Shown here: positions 28,065 through 36,784 of the stretch, piece by piece | Numbering within the stretch: position 1 is the first letter of the stretch | How the letters are laid out: every line of letters begins with the position of its first letter | DNA from: Candidatus Eiseniibacteriota bacterium | GTDB taxonomy: Bacteria; Eisenbacteria; RBG-16-71-46; SZUA-252 | DNA length: 64,000 nucleotides | Reading direction: 5' to 3' | NCBI GenBank assembly: GCA_005893275.1 | Contig: VBOW01000020.1 | Location: 23,870-87,869 of the forward strand | The notes under the pieces: model-generated | The model's input: the letters and a program-made list of their open reading frames with translations, nothing else | What the model was told of the DNA's origin: nothing | Database searches by the model: none | Program-made: the position numbers and the translations under genes

Positions 28065-29142
28065 CGCCCGGCGCCGCCGCCCGATCCTCCACGCGCTGCC
28101 CAAGACCGACCTTCATGTTCACCTGGACGGATCCATCCGTCCCAAGTCGCTCTTCGCGCTGGCGAAGGACCAGGGCGTCCGCCTCGAGGTGCGGGGCGAG
28201 GCCGAGCTTCGGAGCTTCCTTCACAGGCTGACCGCGGGGGTCAGCCTCCCGACCTACCTCAAGGCGTTCGACTTGACGCTCTCGATCTTGCAAGAGCGAG
28301 AAGCGCTCGAGCGCGTCGCCTTCGAGCTGGCCGAGGATGCGCACCTCGAAAATATCCGCTACATGGAGGTCCGTTACTGCCCGGCGCTCCACGTGAGGCA
28401 CGGGCTCGAGCTCCACGACACCGTCGACGCCGTGTTGCGGGGGCTCTCCGAGGCGGGACGGAACTACGGGATCAGGACCGGCACGATCATCTGCGGCATC
28501 CGGCACCTGAGCCCGAAGCTCTCCTTGGAGCTGGCCGATTTGGCCGTGGCCTACGTCGGACGCGGGGTGGTCGGCTTCGACCTGGCCGGCGCGGAGAAGG
28601 ACTACCCCGCGAAGGCGCATCGGGAGGCCTTCGACCGGGTCTTGCGCAACAACGTCAACGTGACCGTCCACGCGGGCGAGGCGTTTGGGCCCGGGAGCAT
28701 CCGCCAGGCGCTCCATCACCTGGGGGCGCATCGGATCGGCCATGGGACGCGGCTCCGCGAGGACCGGATGACCCTCGACTATGTGAACGACCACCGCATC
28801 CCGCTCGAGATGTGCCTCACCTCCAACGTGCAGACCAAGGCCACTCCTTCCTTCGAGGAGCACCCCTTTCGCGATTACCTCAGGCTGGGCGTCCGCGTCA
28901 CGCTCAATACCGACAACAGGCTCGTCTCCTCGACGACGATGACCGACGAGCTGGATCGGGCCGTGCGCACGTTCGCGCTGAGCCCGATGGACGTCCGGCA
29001 AGTCCTCATGAACGGGTTCAAATCCGCTTTCGTGCCGTACCAGGACAAGGGGGCTTTCTTGCGAGATGCTGTCTTGGAGATCGACCGGGAGCTCACGCGC
29101 GCCCGGATCGCGACCGGTGAATCGGAACGCGACCTTCTGTGA
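28021..29142 (+). CDS. Adenosine/adenine deaminase family metallo-hydrolase
   Basis: LPKTDLHVHLDGSIRP...HAGE...NTDNRL are ADA metal-binding motifs. There is no ATG/GTG/TTG between the nuoG stop (28064) and the conserved LPKTDLH, so the start is called at GTG 28021 inside nuoG. The true start is uncertain. Confidence 0.7.
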   Translation: MRRSPPRRRTSPWGDARRRRPILHALPKTDLHVHLDGSIRPKSLFALAKDQGVRLEVRGEAELRSFLHRLTAGVSLPTYLKAFDLTLSILQEREALERVAFELAEDAHLENIRYMEVRYCPALHVRHGLELHDTVDAVLRGLSEAGRNYGIRTGTIICGIRHLSPKLSLELADLAVAYVGRGVVGFDLAGAEKDYPAKAHREAFDRVLRNNVNVTVHAGEAFGPGSIRQALHHLGAHRIGHGTRLREDRMTLDYVNDHRIPLEMCLTSNVQTKATPSFEEHPFRDYLRLGVRVTLNTDNRLVSSTTMTDELDRAVRTFALSPMDVRQVLMNGFKSAFVPYQDKGAFLRDAVLEIDRELTRARIATGESERDLL

Positions 29143-29222
29143 GTCGCGGCATCCAAAATCCCGTGGGGGCCCTTGAATGAGCCGGCCGGGTCCCCTAGTA
29201 TGAGATCGGTGAGGATCAAATC

Positions 29223-30263
29223 ATGAATCAGATGGGTCGTGCGGCGGGGCCTCTCCCTTCGGTGTCGGGGCGTCGTAGCCCTGTTCCTATCTTGCATGTG
29301 GCAACGGGGTTCTGGGCCAGTCAGGCGCTCTTGACCGCTGTGGATCTCAAGGTTTTCACCCTTCTCTTCGGCGGCCCCAGGACCGCCCCCGATATCGCCC
29401 AGGAGACGGGCTCCAATCCGGTGGCGATGGAAGCGCTCCTGGACGCGAACTGTGCGCTGGGGTTTCTTCATCGGAACGGCGACCGCTACCGGAACGACGA
29501 AGTCTCGAACGCCTATCTCGTGGAAGGATCTCCCGGATCCTACGTGGATCTCGTCCGGTTCATGCGCGATCCCTTGTTCGGCATTTGGCAAGGGCTCGGG
29601 GACACGGTGCGCCAGGGAGCGCCCCCGGTCGCGCCGGCGGCAATGGACGGGGTGGACCTGGCGCTCGCGCGCGCGTTCCACAACGGCGCCTACGCTTTGA
29701 TGACGCGCTTGGCCGAGATCCTCGACATCGAATTCAGCACGTATTCCCGCATGCTCGACGTCGGCAGCCACACGGGCGCCGGGGCGCTTTGCCTGGCCCG
29801 CCGCTACCCGCAACTCCAGGCCACCCTCTTCGACCGGCCGATTTTCCGGGAGCTGGCGGAAGAGTTCATTCGCTCGACCAAGCTCGATGACCGGGTTCAT
29901 TTCGAGGAAGGCTACCCCGACGAGGGAAAGCCGGGCGGCGAGTACGACCTGGTTCTTCTCTCGCACTACCTTTCCCAGCGGGGACGGCCGGACCTCCCGA
30001 AGATCCTCGAGGCGGTGACGAAGTCCCTTCGCAAAGGCGGCATGGCCCTCGTGACCGAGTTCCTCCTGGAGGATTCGAAGGCCGAGCCGCGGGAGGCCGC
30101 CTTGTTCCGGCTCAACGCGCTGGCGAGCTACGGGCCGCGCTTCGCGGAGGCGTTGACTCGGTCCGATCTCTGCTCGCTCCTCGCGCAGGCGGGATTCAAG
30201 GACGTGGACATGGTCGGACTTCCCATGTTCGGCATCACGGCGATCACCGCGTGTAAGGCCTGA
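29223..30263 (+). CDS. Class I SAM-dependent O-methyltransferase (OMT family 2-like)
   Basis: N-terminal dimerisation-like region. MLDVGSHTGAGALCLARRYP...FDRP...YDLVLLSHYL is a SAM-binding fold. Confidence 0.7.
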   Translation: MNQMGRAAGPLPSVSGRRSPVPILHVATGFWASQALLTAVDLKVFTLLFGGPRTAPDIAQETGSNPVAMEALLDANCALGFLHRNGDRYRNDEVSNAYLVEGSPGSYVDLVRFMRDPLFGIWQGLGDTVRQGAPPVAPAAMDGVDLALARAFHNGAYALMTRLAEILDIEFSTYSRMLDVGSHTGAGALCLARRYPQLQATLFDRPIFRELAEEFIRSTKLDDRVHFEEGYPDEGKPGGEYDLVLLSHYLSQRGRPDLPKILEAVTKSLRKGGMALVTEFLLEDSKAEPREAALFRLNALASYGPRFAEALTRSDLCSLLAQAGFKDVDMVGLPMFGITAITACKA

Positions 30264-30265
30264 CC

Positions 30266-30907
30266 GTGCGGCTGGAGCGGTTCTCGGTCGGCCCGCTCGA
30301 CAACAACCTCTATCTGCTCACCGCCGCGTCGGGAACCGAAGCGGTGGTCGTCGACCCCTCGCTCGAGAGCGAGCACGTGCTCGCCGAGATATCGCGGCGC
30401 GGGCTTGACGTGCGGCGGATCCTCCTCACCCACGCCCACATCGACCATATCCTCATGGTGAAGCGTTTCCACGACGCGACCGGGGCGCCGGTGTGGCTCC
30501 ATGCCGCAGATCGGTTCCTGTACGAGCGTGGGTCGGAACAGGCCGCCTCCATCGGGTTCCCCTGGCCGGGCTCGGTTCCCATCGCGCACACGATCGAAGA
30601 CGGCGAGGCGGTCGGGATCCCGGGCATCGAGATCCGGGCGATCCACACGCCGGGGCATTCACCCGGAAGCGTGACCTTCGAGACGACAGAAGGGTTGATC
30701 GTGGGCGACGTGCTCTTCCGAGGCTCGGTCGGACGGGCCGATCTTCCGGGGGGCGACTGGCCGACCCTCGTCCGTTCCATCCGAGAGCGGCTCTTCCCGT
30801 TCCCCGGAGATACCCGGGTCTACCCCGGGCACGGCCCCGAGACCACGATCGGCCTCGAGATCCGGACGAATCCCTTCGTCGGGGAGCCGGCGCTCGAGGG
30901 GGCGTAG
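30266..30907 (+). CDS. MBL-fold metallo-hydrolase (glyoxalase II / hydroxyacyl-thiol hydrolase-like)
   Basis: LLTHAHIDHI shows the THxHxDH motif. 213 aa. Confidence 0.8.
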   Translation: MRLERFSVGPLDNNLYLLTAASGTEAVVVDPSLESEHVLAEISRRGLDVRRILLTHAHIDHILMVKRFHDATGAPVWLHAADRFLYERGSEQAASIGFPWPGSVPIAHTIEDGEAVGIPGIEIRAIHTPGHSPGSVTFETTEGLIVGDVLFRGSVGRADLPGGDWPTLVRSIRERLFPFPGDTRVYPGHGPETTIGLEIRTNPFVGEPALEGA

Positions 30908-30912
30908 GCTTC

Positions 30913-32058
30913 GTGGCCGAGCGCGCCGACGCGCTCATCATCGGCGGGGGTGTGATCGGCGCGAGCATCGCCTACCACCTGACGCTTCGCGGGCTGAAAC
31001 CTCGCGTCTTCGAGCGCAATCTTCTCGGCAGCGGAAACACGGGTCGCTCCGCGGGAGGGATCCGCGCGCAGTTTACGACCGAAACCAATATCAGGCTCTC
31101 GCTCCACTCGATCGCGTTTTACGAGCGTTTCCGGGAGATTCTCGGTGCGGATGCGGAGTTTCACCAGGTCGGCTATCTCTTTCTCGCCGTTTCCCCCGAG
31201 CAGCTCCGACAGTTCGAGGAGCGTGTCGCGTTCCAGCGGCGCTTCGGGGTCCAGGTCTCGCTCCTGACCCGCGAGGAGGTGGCGTCCGGCTGGCCCTTCC
31301 TGCGCACGGACGACGTCTACGGTGCGACCTACTCCACCAAGGACGGATTCGCCGGGCCCTATGAAGTGACGATCGCGTTCGCGAACGCGGCCAAACAGCG
31401 TGGAGCGGTCTTCCACGAGCAGGCAGAAGTGTTGGAGATCGTCGCGGAGCGCGGCGCCGTCCGGGGCCTGAAGACTTCGATCGGCGAGTTTTCCTCGGGT
31501 GTTGTCGTCGCCGCCGCGGGCCCCGCGATCCCGGCGCTCGTGAAACCGCTCGGGATCGAGGTGCCGGTCCTGCCCTATCGAAGGCATCTCTTCATGACCG
31601 AGACCTTCCCGGAGATCCCGGACAATATTCCCTTCATCATCGACTCGGGAACCGGGCTCTATTTCCGGAAGGAGACCGGCGGCATCATGCTAGGCATGGT
31701 GGACAAGAGCGACCCTCCCACGTTCAGCACGAATGTCGATGAGGGCTACCTGGAAAAGCTCGTGGAGGCCGCCCTGATGCGCGCGCCGATTCTCGAGAAG
31801 GCCAACATCCTGAACGGCTGGGCCGGGCTGTACGATACGACACCGGATCATCACGCCATCGTGGGCCCCGTGGACGAGGTGAAAGGGCTCTATCTCGCGG
31901 TCGGCTTCAGCGGCCACGGGTTCATGCACAGCCCCGCGATCGGCGCGGCCCTCTCGGAGCTCATCGTGGATGGGGCGGCGCGGTGCGTGAAACTCGACGC
32001 GCTGAGCTTGAATCGGTTCGCGGCGGGAGCCGTGGTGGAGGAGACCAACGTCATCTGA
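30913..32058 (+). CDS. FAD-dependent oxidoreductase (DAO family; glycine/sarcosine oxidase beta-like)
   Basis: ADALIIGGGVIGASIAYHL is a Rossmann FAD motif. GTG at 30913 lies 6 nt after the MBL stop. Confidence 0.8.
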   Translation: MAERADALIIGGGVIGASIAYHLTLRGLKPRVFERNLLGSGNTGRSAGGIRAQFTTETNIRLSLHSIAFYERFREILGADAEFHQVGYLFLAVSPEQLRQFEERVAFQRRFGVQVSLLTREEVASGWPFLRTDDVYGATYSTKDGFAGPYEVTIAFANAAKQRGAVFHEQAEVLEIVAERGAVRGLKTSIGEFSSGVVVAAAGPAIPALVKPLGIEVPVLPYRRHLFMTETFPEIPDNIPFIIDSGTGLYFRKETGGIMLGMVDKSDPPTFSTNVDEGYLEKLVEAALMRAPILEKANILNGWAGLYDTTPDHHAIVGPVDEVKGLYLAVGFSGHGFMHSPAIGAALSELIVDGAARCVKLDALSLNRFAAGAVVEETNVI

Positions 32059-32119
32059 GCTCGAAAGGCTGCTCCACCCCTCCGCGCTCTATCGGGATTT
32101 TCTGAACGCGCCGGAACGG

Positions 32120-33673
32120 GTGCGCCGCTTTTACCCCGTCGACTACCGGAATCCGGCGTCGTGCGTCGGAGCGGGAGCCGCGCGTGATTATCCCCCCTCA
32201 CGCCGGGCGGATATGGCGTCGATTCTGAAACGCCAGGCCGAGCGCTGGGGATTCCTCGAAGCTTCGCGCCGGAGCCTGGATCGATTCGCGCGGCCGGACA
32301 CCTTGGTCGTCGTGGCGGGACAGCAGCCCGGCCTCTTCGGCGGGCCGCTCTACACCCTTTACAAGGCGATCACCGCGATCGCGTTCGCGCGGGATCTGGA
32401 GGCCGCCACCGGCCGCCCCGTCGTGCCGATTTTCTGGATCGCCTCCGATGACCACGATTTCGAGGAGGTGCGCCGGATCATCGTGGGAGATGGCGCCGCG
32501 GAGCCGCGGGAATTCGAGTACCCTCTCGGGGCCGCTCCGCGCGGCGTGTCGCTCTCGCGCATCCCCCTCGCCGATCCCATCGCGGATCTCGTGCGGGGGG
32601 TGGACGAGGCGCTCGCCCCGGCCGGATTCCGGAAGGAAGTCGTGGATCGGCTTCGCGGATCCTACGCGCCCGGATCCGGATGGATCGACGCGTTTGCGCG
32701 GCTCGCGGGGGGGTGGGTTGTGCCTTGGGGCGCGCTCGTCTTCGATCCCGGCGACCGCGATGCGAAACGCCTCGCCCTGCCGGTCTTCGAGCGGGAAATC
32801 GAGCTGGGCGGGCGTTCGTCGGAGGCGGCCCGTTCCACCGGGGCGGAGCTGGAAGCGGCCGGATACCACGCCCAGATCACCCGCACCGGCCAGGAGCTGA
32901 ATCTTTTCTGGCACGGGGAGATCCGCGAGGCGCTCCGACTTTCGGGGGACGGAACCCTGAGGCTCGCGGAGAGCGGCCGCGCGCTGGCGTCCCGGGAGCT
33001 CCTCGCGAACGCGCGCAAGCGGCCGGAGGATGTGAGCCCCGGAGTGCTCCTACGGCCGCTCATGCAGGATCATATTTTTCCGACGGCGGCTTACGTCGGC
33101 GGCCCCGCGGAGGTGGCGTATTGGGCTCAGGTGAACGCCCTGTATCCGCTGTTCGGGATGAACCCGCCGGCGATCGTGCCGCGCGCCGGAGCCACAATCC
33201 TCGAGCCAAGAGTTGCGAAGACGCTCGAGCGCTTTGGGGTGGAATGGAGCTCTCTGGCGGGGGACGTGGAGGTCGTGATCCGCGAAGCGCTCTCCCGCTT
33301 CCTGCCGGTCGATTTCCCCGCTCTCTTCGAGAGGGAGCGATCCGGGTGGATCGAGAGCATGAGGAGGCTCGAAGCCGCGGTGACCTCGTTCGACCCCTCG
33401 CTCCAAGCGGCCGTCGAGACCGCGACGGGCAAGGTCATCCACGAGGGGCAGGTCTTGGAAAAGAAGCTCATGCAGGTCTGGAAACGGCGCCACGAAGAAT
33501 CCGTGCAGAAAATCCGCCGCGCCAGGGGAAGCCTTTTTCCCCGAGCCGGCCTCCAGGAGCGCGGCATGTCGATTCTGGGCTACGAGGCGCATCACGGGCC
33601 GGGGCTCATCGAGGAGCTCCGGGAAAAGGTAACGAAGCCGGGCGCGCACGTGCTCGTCTCGGTGGGGGGTTAA
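32120..33673 (+). CDS. bshC: Bacillithiol biosynthesis cysteine-adding enzyme BshC
   Basis: VVAGQQPGLFGGPLYTLYKAITAIAFA matches the BshC GQQ(A/P)G...GPLYT...K signature. C-terminal coiled-coil-like region. The N-terminal conserved block appears to continue upstream of the only canonical start (see findings). Confidence 0.75.
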   Translation: MRRFYPVDYRNPASCVGAGAARDYPPSRRADMASILKRQAERWGFLEASRRSLDRFARPDTLVVVAGQQPGLFGGPLYTLYKAITAIAFARDLEAATGRPVVPIFWIASDDHDFEEVRRIIVGDGAAEPREFEYPLGAAPRGVSLSRIPLADPIADLVRGVDEALAPAGFRKEVVDRLRGSYAPGSGWIDAFARLAGGWVVPWGALVFDPGDRDAKRLALPVFEREIELGGRSSEAARSTGAELEAAGYHAQITRTGQELNLFWHGEIREALRLSGDGTLRLAESGRALASRELLANARKRPEDVSPGVLLRPLMQDHIFPTAAYVGGPAEVAYWAQVNALYPLFGMNPPAIVPRAGATILEPRVAKTLERFGVEWSSLAGDVEVVIREALSRFLPVDFPALFERERSGWIESMRRLEAAVTSFDPSLQAAVETATGKVIHEGQVLEKKLMQVWKRRHEESVQKIRRARGSLFPRAGLQERGMSILGYEAHHGPGLIEELREKVTKPGAHVLVSVGG

Positions 33674-33677
33674 TCGC

Positions 33678-34847
33678 GTGAAAATCGGAATCACCTGCTA
33701 CCCGACGCACGGCGGCTCGGGCGTGGTCGCGACCGAGCTGGGAATGGAGCTCGCGAGGCGCGGGCATGAGGTGCACTTCATCTCCTACGCGCTCCCGTTC
33801 CGGCTCAAGAGGTTCCAGGAGAACGTGGTGTTCCATGAAGTGCAGATGCTCGCGTATCCGCTTTTCCAATATCCCCCGTACACGCTCGCGCTCGCGGCGA
33901 AGCTTGCCGAGGTTGCGGACGAGATCCAGCTCGACGTGCTGCACGCCCACTACGCGGTGCCGCATGCGGTCTGCGCGTATCTCGCGCGGCAGGTGGCGCG
34001 ATCGACCAAGCTCAAGATCGTCACCACGCTCCACGGGACGGACATCACCCTGGTCGGCGCGGATCCCTCGTTCCGGCCGCTGACACGATTCGGCATCGAG
34101 CAAAGCGACGGGGTGACCGCGGTATCCCGCTACCTCAAAGAGAAGACGCTCGAGGTCTTCGATCTGGATCGCCAAATCGAGGTGATCCCGAACTTCGTGG
34201 ACACGACCCGCTTCGCCCCGCGCCGGGAGGGCTCGTGTCCGCGGGAGCGGTTCGCGAAGAAAGGAGAGCGGGTGCTGCTCCACATTTCAAACTTCCGCCC
34301 GAGCAAACGCGTCGAGGACGTGGTGCGGGTTTTCGCCGCGGTGCGGCGCGAGGTGCCCGGCCGGCTTCTCCTGGTGGGGGACGGGCCGGATCGGGTTCCT
34401 TCCCGGGAAGTCGCCGAGGCGCTCGGCGTCGAGAAGTGGGTCCGATGGCTGGGGCAGCTCGACGCCGTCGAGGACGTGATCTCGCTCGCGGACCTGTTCA
34501 TCCTGACGAGCAAGAACGAGAGCTTCGGCCTGGCCGCGCTGGAGGCGATGTCCGCGGGGGTGCCGGTCATCGGCACGACGGCCGAAGGGCTGCCGGAGCT
34601 CGTGCGGTCCGAGGAAACCGGCTATCTGCTTCCGGTCGGCGATGTGGAGGGAATGGCGCGCCGCTCGATCGAGATCCTATCGGACTCCAAGCGCTACGCG
34701 GCCATGTCCGAGGCTGCGCGCCGCGACGCGATCGAGCGCTTCGACGCCCAACGCGTGATCCCGCTCTACGAAGATTTCTATGGGCGGGTGCTGGGCCAGC
34801 CGGTGCGGGTCCCCGAGCCGTTCACGCCGCCGGATGCCCTGGCCTGA
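33678..34847 (+). CDS. bshA: N-acetyl-alpha-D-glucosaminyl L-malate synthase (GT4)
   Basis: MKIGITCYPTHGGSGVVATELGMELARRGHEVHFISYALPFRL...FQYPPYTLALAAKLAEV...LHAHYAVPHAVCAYLARQ is near-collinear with B. subtilis BshA. Confidence 0.85.
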   Translation: MKIGITCYPTHGGSGVVATELGMELARRGHEVHFISYALPFRLKRFQENVVFHEVQMLAYPLFQYPPYTLALAAKLAEVADEIQLDVLHAHYAVPHAVCAYLARQVARSTKLKIVTTLHGTDITLVGADPSFRPLTRFGIEQSDGVTAVSRYLKEKTLEVFDLDRQIEVIPNFVDTTRFAPRREGSCPRERFAKKGERVLLHISNFRPSKRVEDVVRVFAAVRREVPGRLLLVGDGPDRVPSREVAEALGVEKWVRWLGQLDAVEDVISLADLFILTSKNESFGLAALEAMSAGVPVIGTTAEGLPELVRSEETGYLLPVGDVEGMARRSIEILSDSKRYAAMSEAARRDAIERFDAQRVIPLYEDFYGRVLGQPVRVPEPFTPPDALA

Positions 34848-36028
34848 CGGCGCGTGAGGAGCACCCGCCCGCTCGACGGCGAAAGGAGCACGTCGAAGAT
34901 CGAATCGTTCACCGCCTCCATGCCTTCGAGGTGGCCCTCGAGGCCCTGCTCGTAGGACTCCGCGCGGACATCGTAGATCCCATACTGCTTGACCACGAAG
35001 CTGAAGTCGCCGGCCGGCCCCGACGTCACGTACGCGGTTCCATAGGCCGAGCGCCCATACACCGAGACCGGGATCGAGGGGACAGGCTCGCCGGTTGAGG
35101 CCAAGCGCACGGTGCCGCTCCAGGTCACGCCGGAGAGATCGAAGTCCTTCGTCTGCGGCGCCGTGACGGTCGTCGTGGGAAAAATCCGCGACACGATATT
35201 CGAATTGAGGATCCCGGGTTGCACGAACCAATCGTAATCACCGCCGGGAACGTATACCTCGTAGGCGCCGCTGGCGTTTGTTCGGGCTGTCGATCGCGCG
35301 CGCAGGTTCGTGCCCCCCACCCGGGCCCCGATCAGAGGCTGCCCGCCTGGACCGGTGACCGTTCCGCCTACGAGATACCCATCCAGGGAAAAGGTGAGGG
35401 TCGTGTCCGAAGCGAACCGGAGGCCGAAATAGGTCCGGGTCGGAATCCCGGACTCATAATCAGAGGGTCCGACGGTGACCTGATACGATCCCGCAGGGAG
35501 AAAAAGCGAGAAAACGCCGGACGCGATGTACGCGCTGGCGACGGAATTCCCCCCGTACGCGCTGGCGGCTCCCGAGGCGAGAGGTGCCCCGCCGGGTACT
35601 GTTACGACCCCGGTCACCTTGAGTCCTGAGAAGCGATAGCTGAACGTCGCGGGGGCGGTGCGGAGCTCGACCCCGCGGACCCGGGCAGTGGCGTACCCCG
35701 AAGAGAACGGCGGCTGCGCCGAGACGTCGTACCGTCCGGCCACCAGCGTCACGGCGTACGCGCCTGCCGCGTCCGTCTGGACCTGCGCATGGGTCGAGGG
35801 ATCATAGGGATACGTGGGGTCGGCGTTGTCGAAGGCGATCCACGCACCCGCCATTGGCGCTCCGTCACGATCCGCGATCATCCCGCTGACCCGCACGGGA
35901 ACCTTGGGCTTGAGCGCGATATCGGAGCAGGAGAGAGAGGCCGATGCGAGGAGCAGCAGCGTGAAGGCGGTCGCGAATCTTCGGGCGGATCGGAGCCGTG
36001 CCACGCGCGCGATACCGGGAGCGGCCAT
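34778..36028 (-). CDS. Secreted lipoprotein with repeated CarboxypepD_reg-like (Ig-like beta-sandwich) domains
   Basis: Signal peptide + lipobox (LLLASASLSCSD). Repeats of ...GAYAVTLVAGRYDV.../...GAYEVYVPGGDYD.../...GDFSFVVKQYGIYDV. Its 3' end overlaps bshA convergently by ~70 nt. Confidence 0.6.
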   Translation of the reverse strand: MAAPGIARVARLRSARRFATAFTLLLLASASLSCSDIALKPKVPVRVSGMIADRDGAPMAGAWIAFDNADPTYPYDPSTHAQVQTDAAGAYAVTLVAGRYDVSAQPPFSSGYATARVRGVELRTAPATFSYRFSGLKVTGVVTVPGGAPLASGAASAYGGNSVASAYIASGVFSLFLPAGSYQVTVGPSDYESGIPTRTYFGLRFASDTTLTFSLDGYLVGGTVTGPGGQPLIGARVGGTNLRARSTARTNASGAYEVYVPGGDYDWFVQPGILNSNIVSRIFPTTTVTAPQTKDFDLSGVTWSGTVRLASTGEPVPSIPVSVYGRSAYGTAYVTSGPAGDFSFVVKQYGIYDVRAESYEQGLEGHLEGMEAVNDSIFDVLLSPSSGRVLLTRRQARASGGVNGSGTRTGWPSTRP

Positions 36029-36029
36029 A

Positions 36030-36641
36030 TCAGAACCCGAAAACCAGGCCGAGCGCAATCGTGCCGAGCCCCTGCGTGGTCTTCGGCGAGCGCCTCAGCT
36101 CCTGTCCGGTCGAGCTGTAGACGATCGTGCGGTTGCGGTAGAGGTCCAGATCTCCCTCGAGCATGACGCGCGGGCTGCCCGCGAATCGATGCTCGAGGCC
36201 ATACCCCATGGTCAAAGTCCCGGTCGCGTAATCCTGCGCGTCGTTGAAGTCGAAGAGGACCCCGCCCGCGCCGGTCACGACATAAGGCCGCGTGCTGCCC
36301 CCGAGGATGTCGAATCGGGCAAGCATGCGGAGCGCGTGGACGGTCGCGGTCCCCGTTCCAACGCTGCGGTTCGCGCCGCTCACGGTGAAATCGGTCATGA
36401 GGACCACGCGCGGGGCGACTCCCAGCCCGAGCCTCAAGCCGGCCGAGGCGTCGTCTCTTAGGCCGAGCTGCGAGCTGAAAATCCTCCACCCGCCCACGAT
36501 CGAGACCAAGGCCGGGCGTGCCCCCGCTCCCACGGACGCGGCCGCCCGGTCCGGAGCGGACGGAAGCGCGGCGAGCGTCAGCAGCATCAAAAGGGCGCGG
36601 AAGTCTGATAGCGGAAAGGGCCGTCCTCGAAGGGGTTGCAC
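36030..36641 (-). CDS. Small outer-membrane beta-barrel protein (OmpA-N/OmpW-like)
   Basis: Signal peptide ...FRALLMLLTLAALPSA. Alternating hydrophobic beta-strand pattern. C-terminal ...ALGLVFGF ends in an aromatic residue as OMPs do. Start at GTG 36641 or ATG 36589. Confidence 0.5.
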   Translation of the reverse strand: MQPLRGRPFPLSDFRALLMLLTLAALPSAPDRAAASVGAGARPALVSIVGGWRIFSSQLGLRDDASAGLRLGLGVAPRVVLMTDFTVSGANRSVGTGTATVHALRMLARFDILGGSTRPYVVTGAGGVLFDFNDAQDYATGTLTMGYGLEHRFAGSPRVMLEGDLDLYRNRTIVYSSTGQELRRSPKTTQGLGTIALGLVFGF

Positions 36642-36784
36642 GATGGCTGCCTCCGATCCCGGGGCTCCGGCGTGGTCTCGAGCGGACTTGTGGGGGGTGC
36701 TTATACCGTGTACGATCCATACCTTACGCTCGTCCCTCACGAAATTGCAACGACGTCCGCGGCCACCGTTTGCAAAGGAAACCC

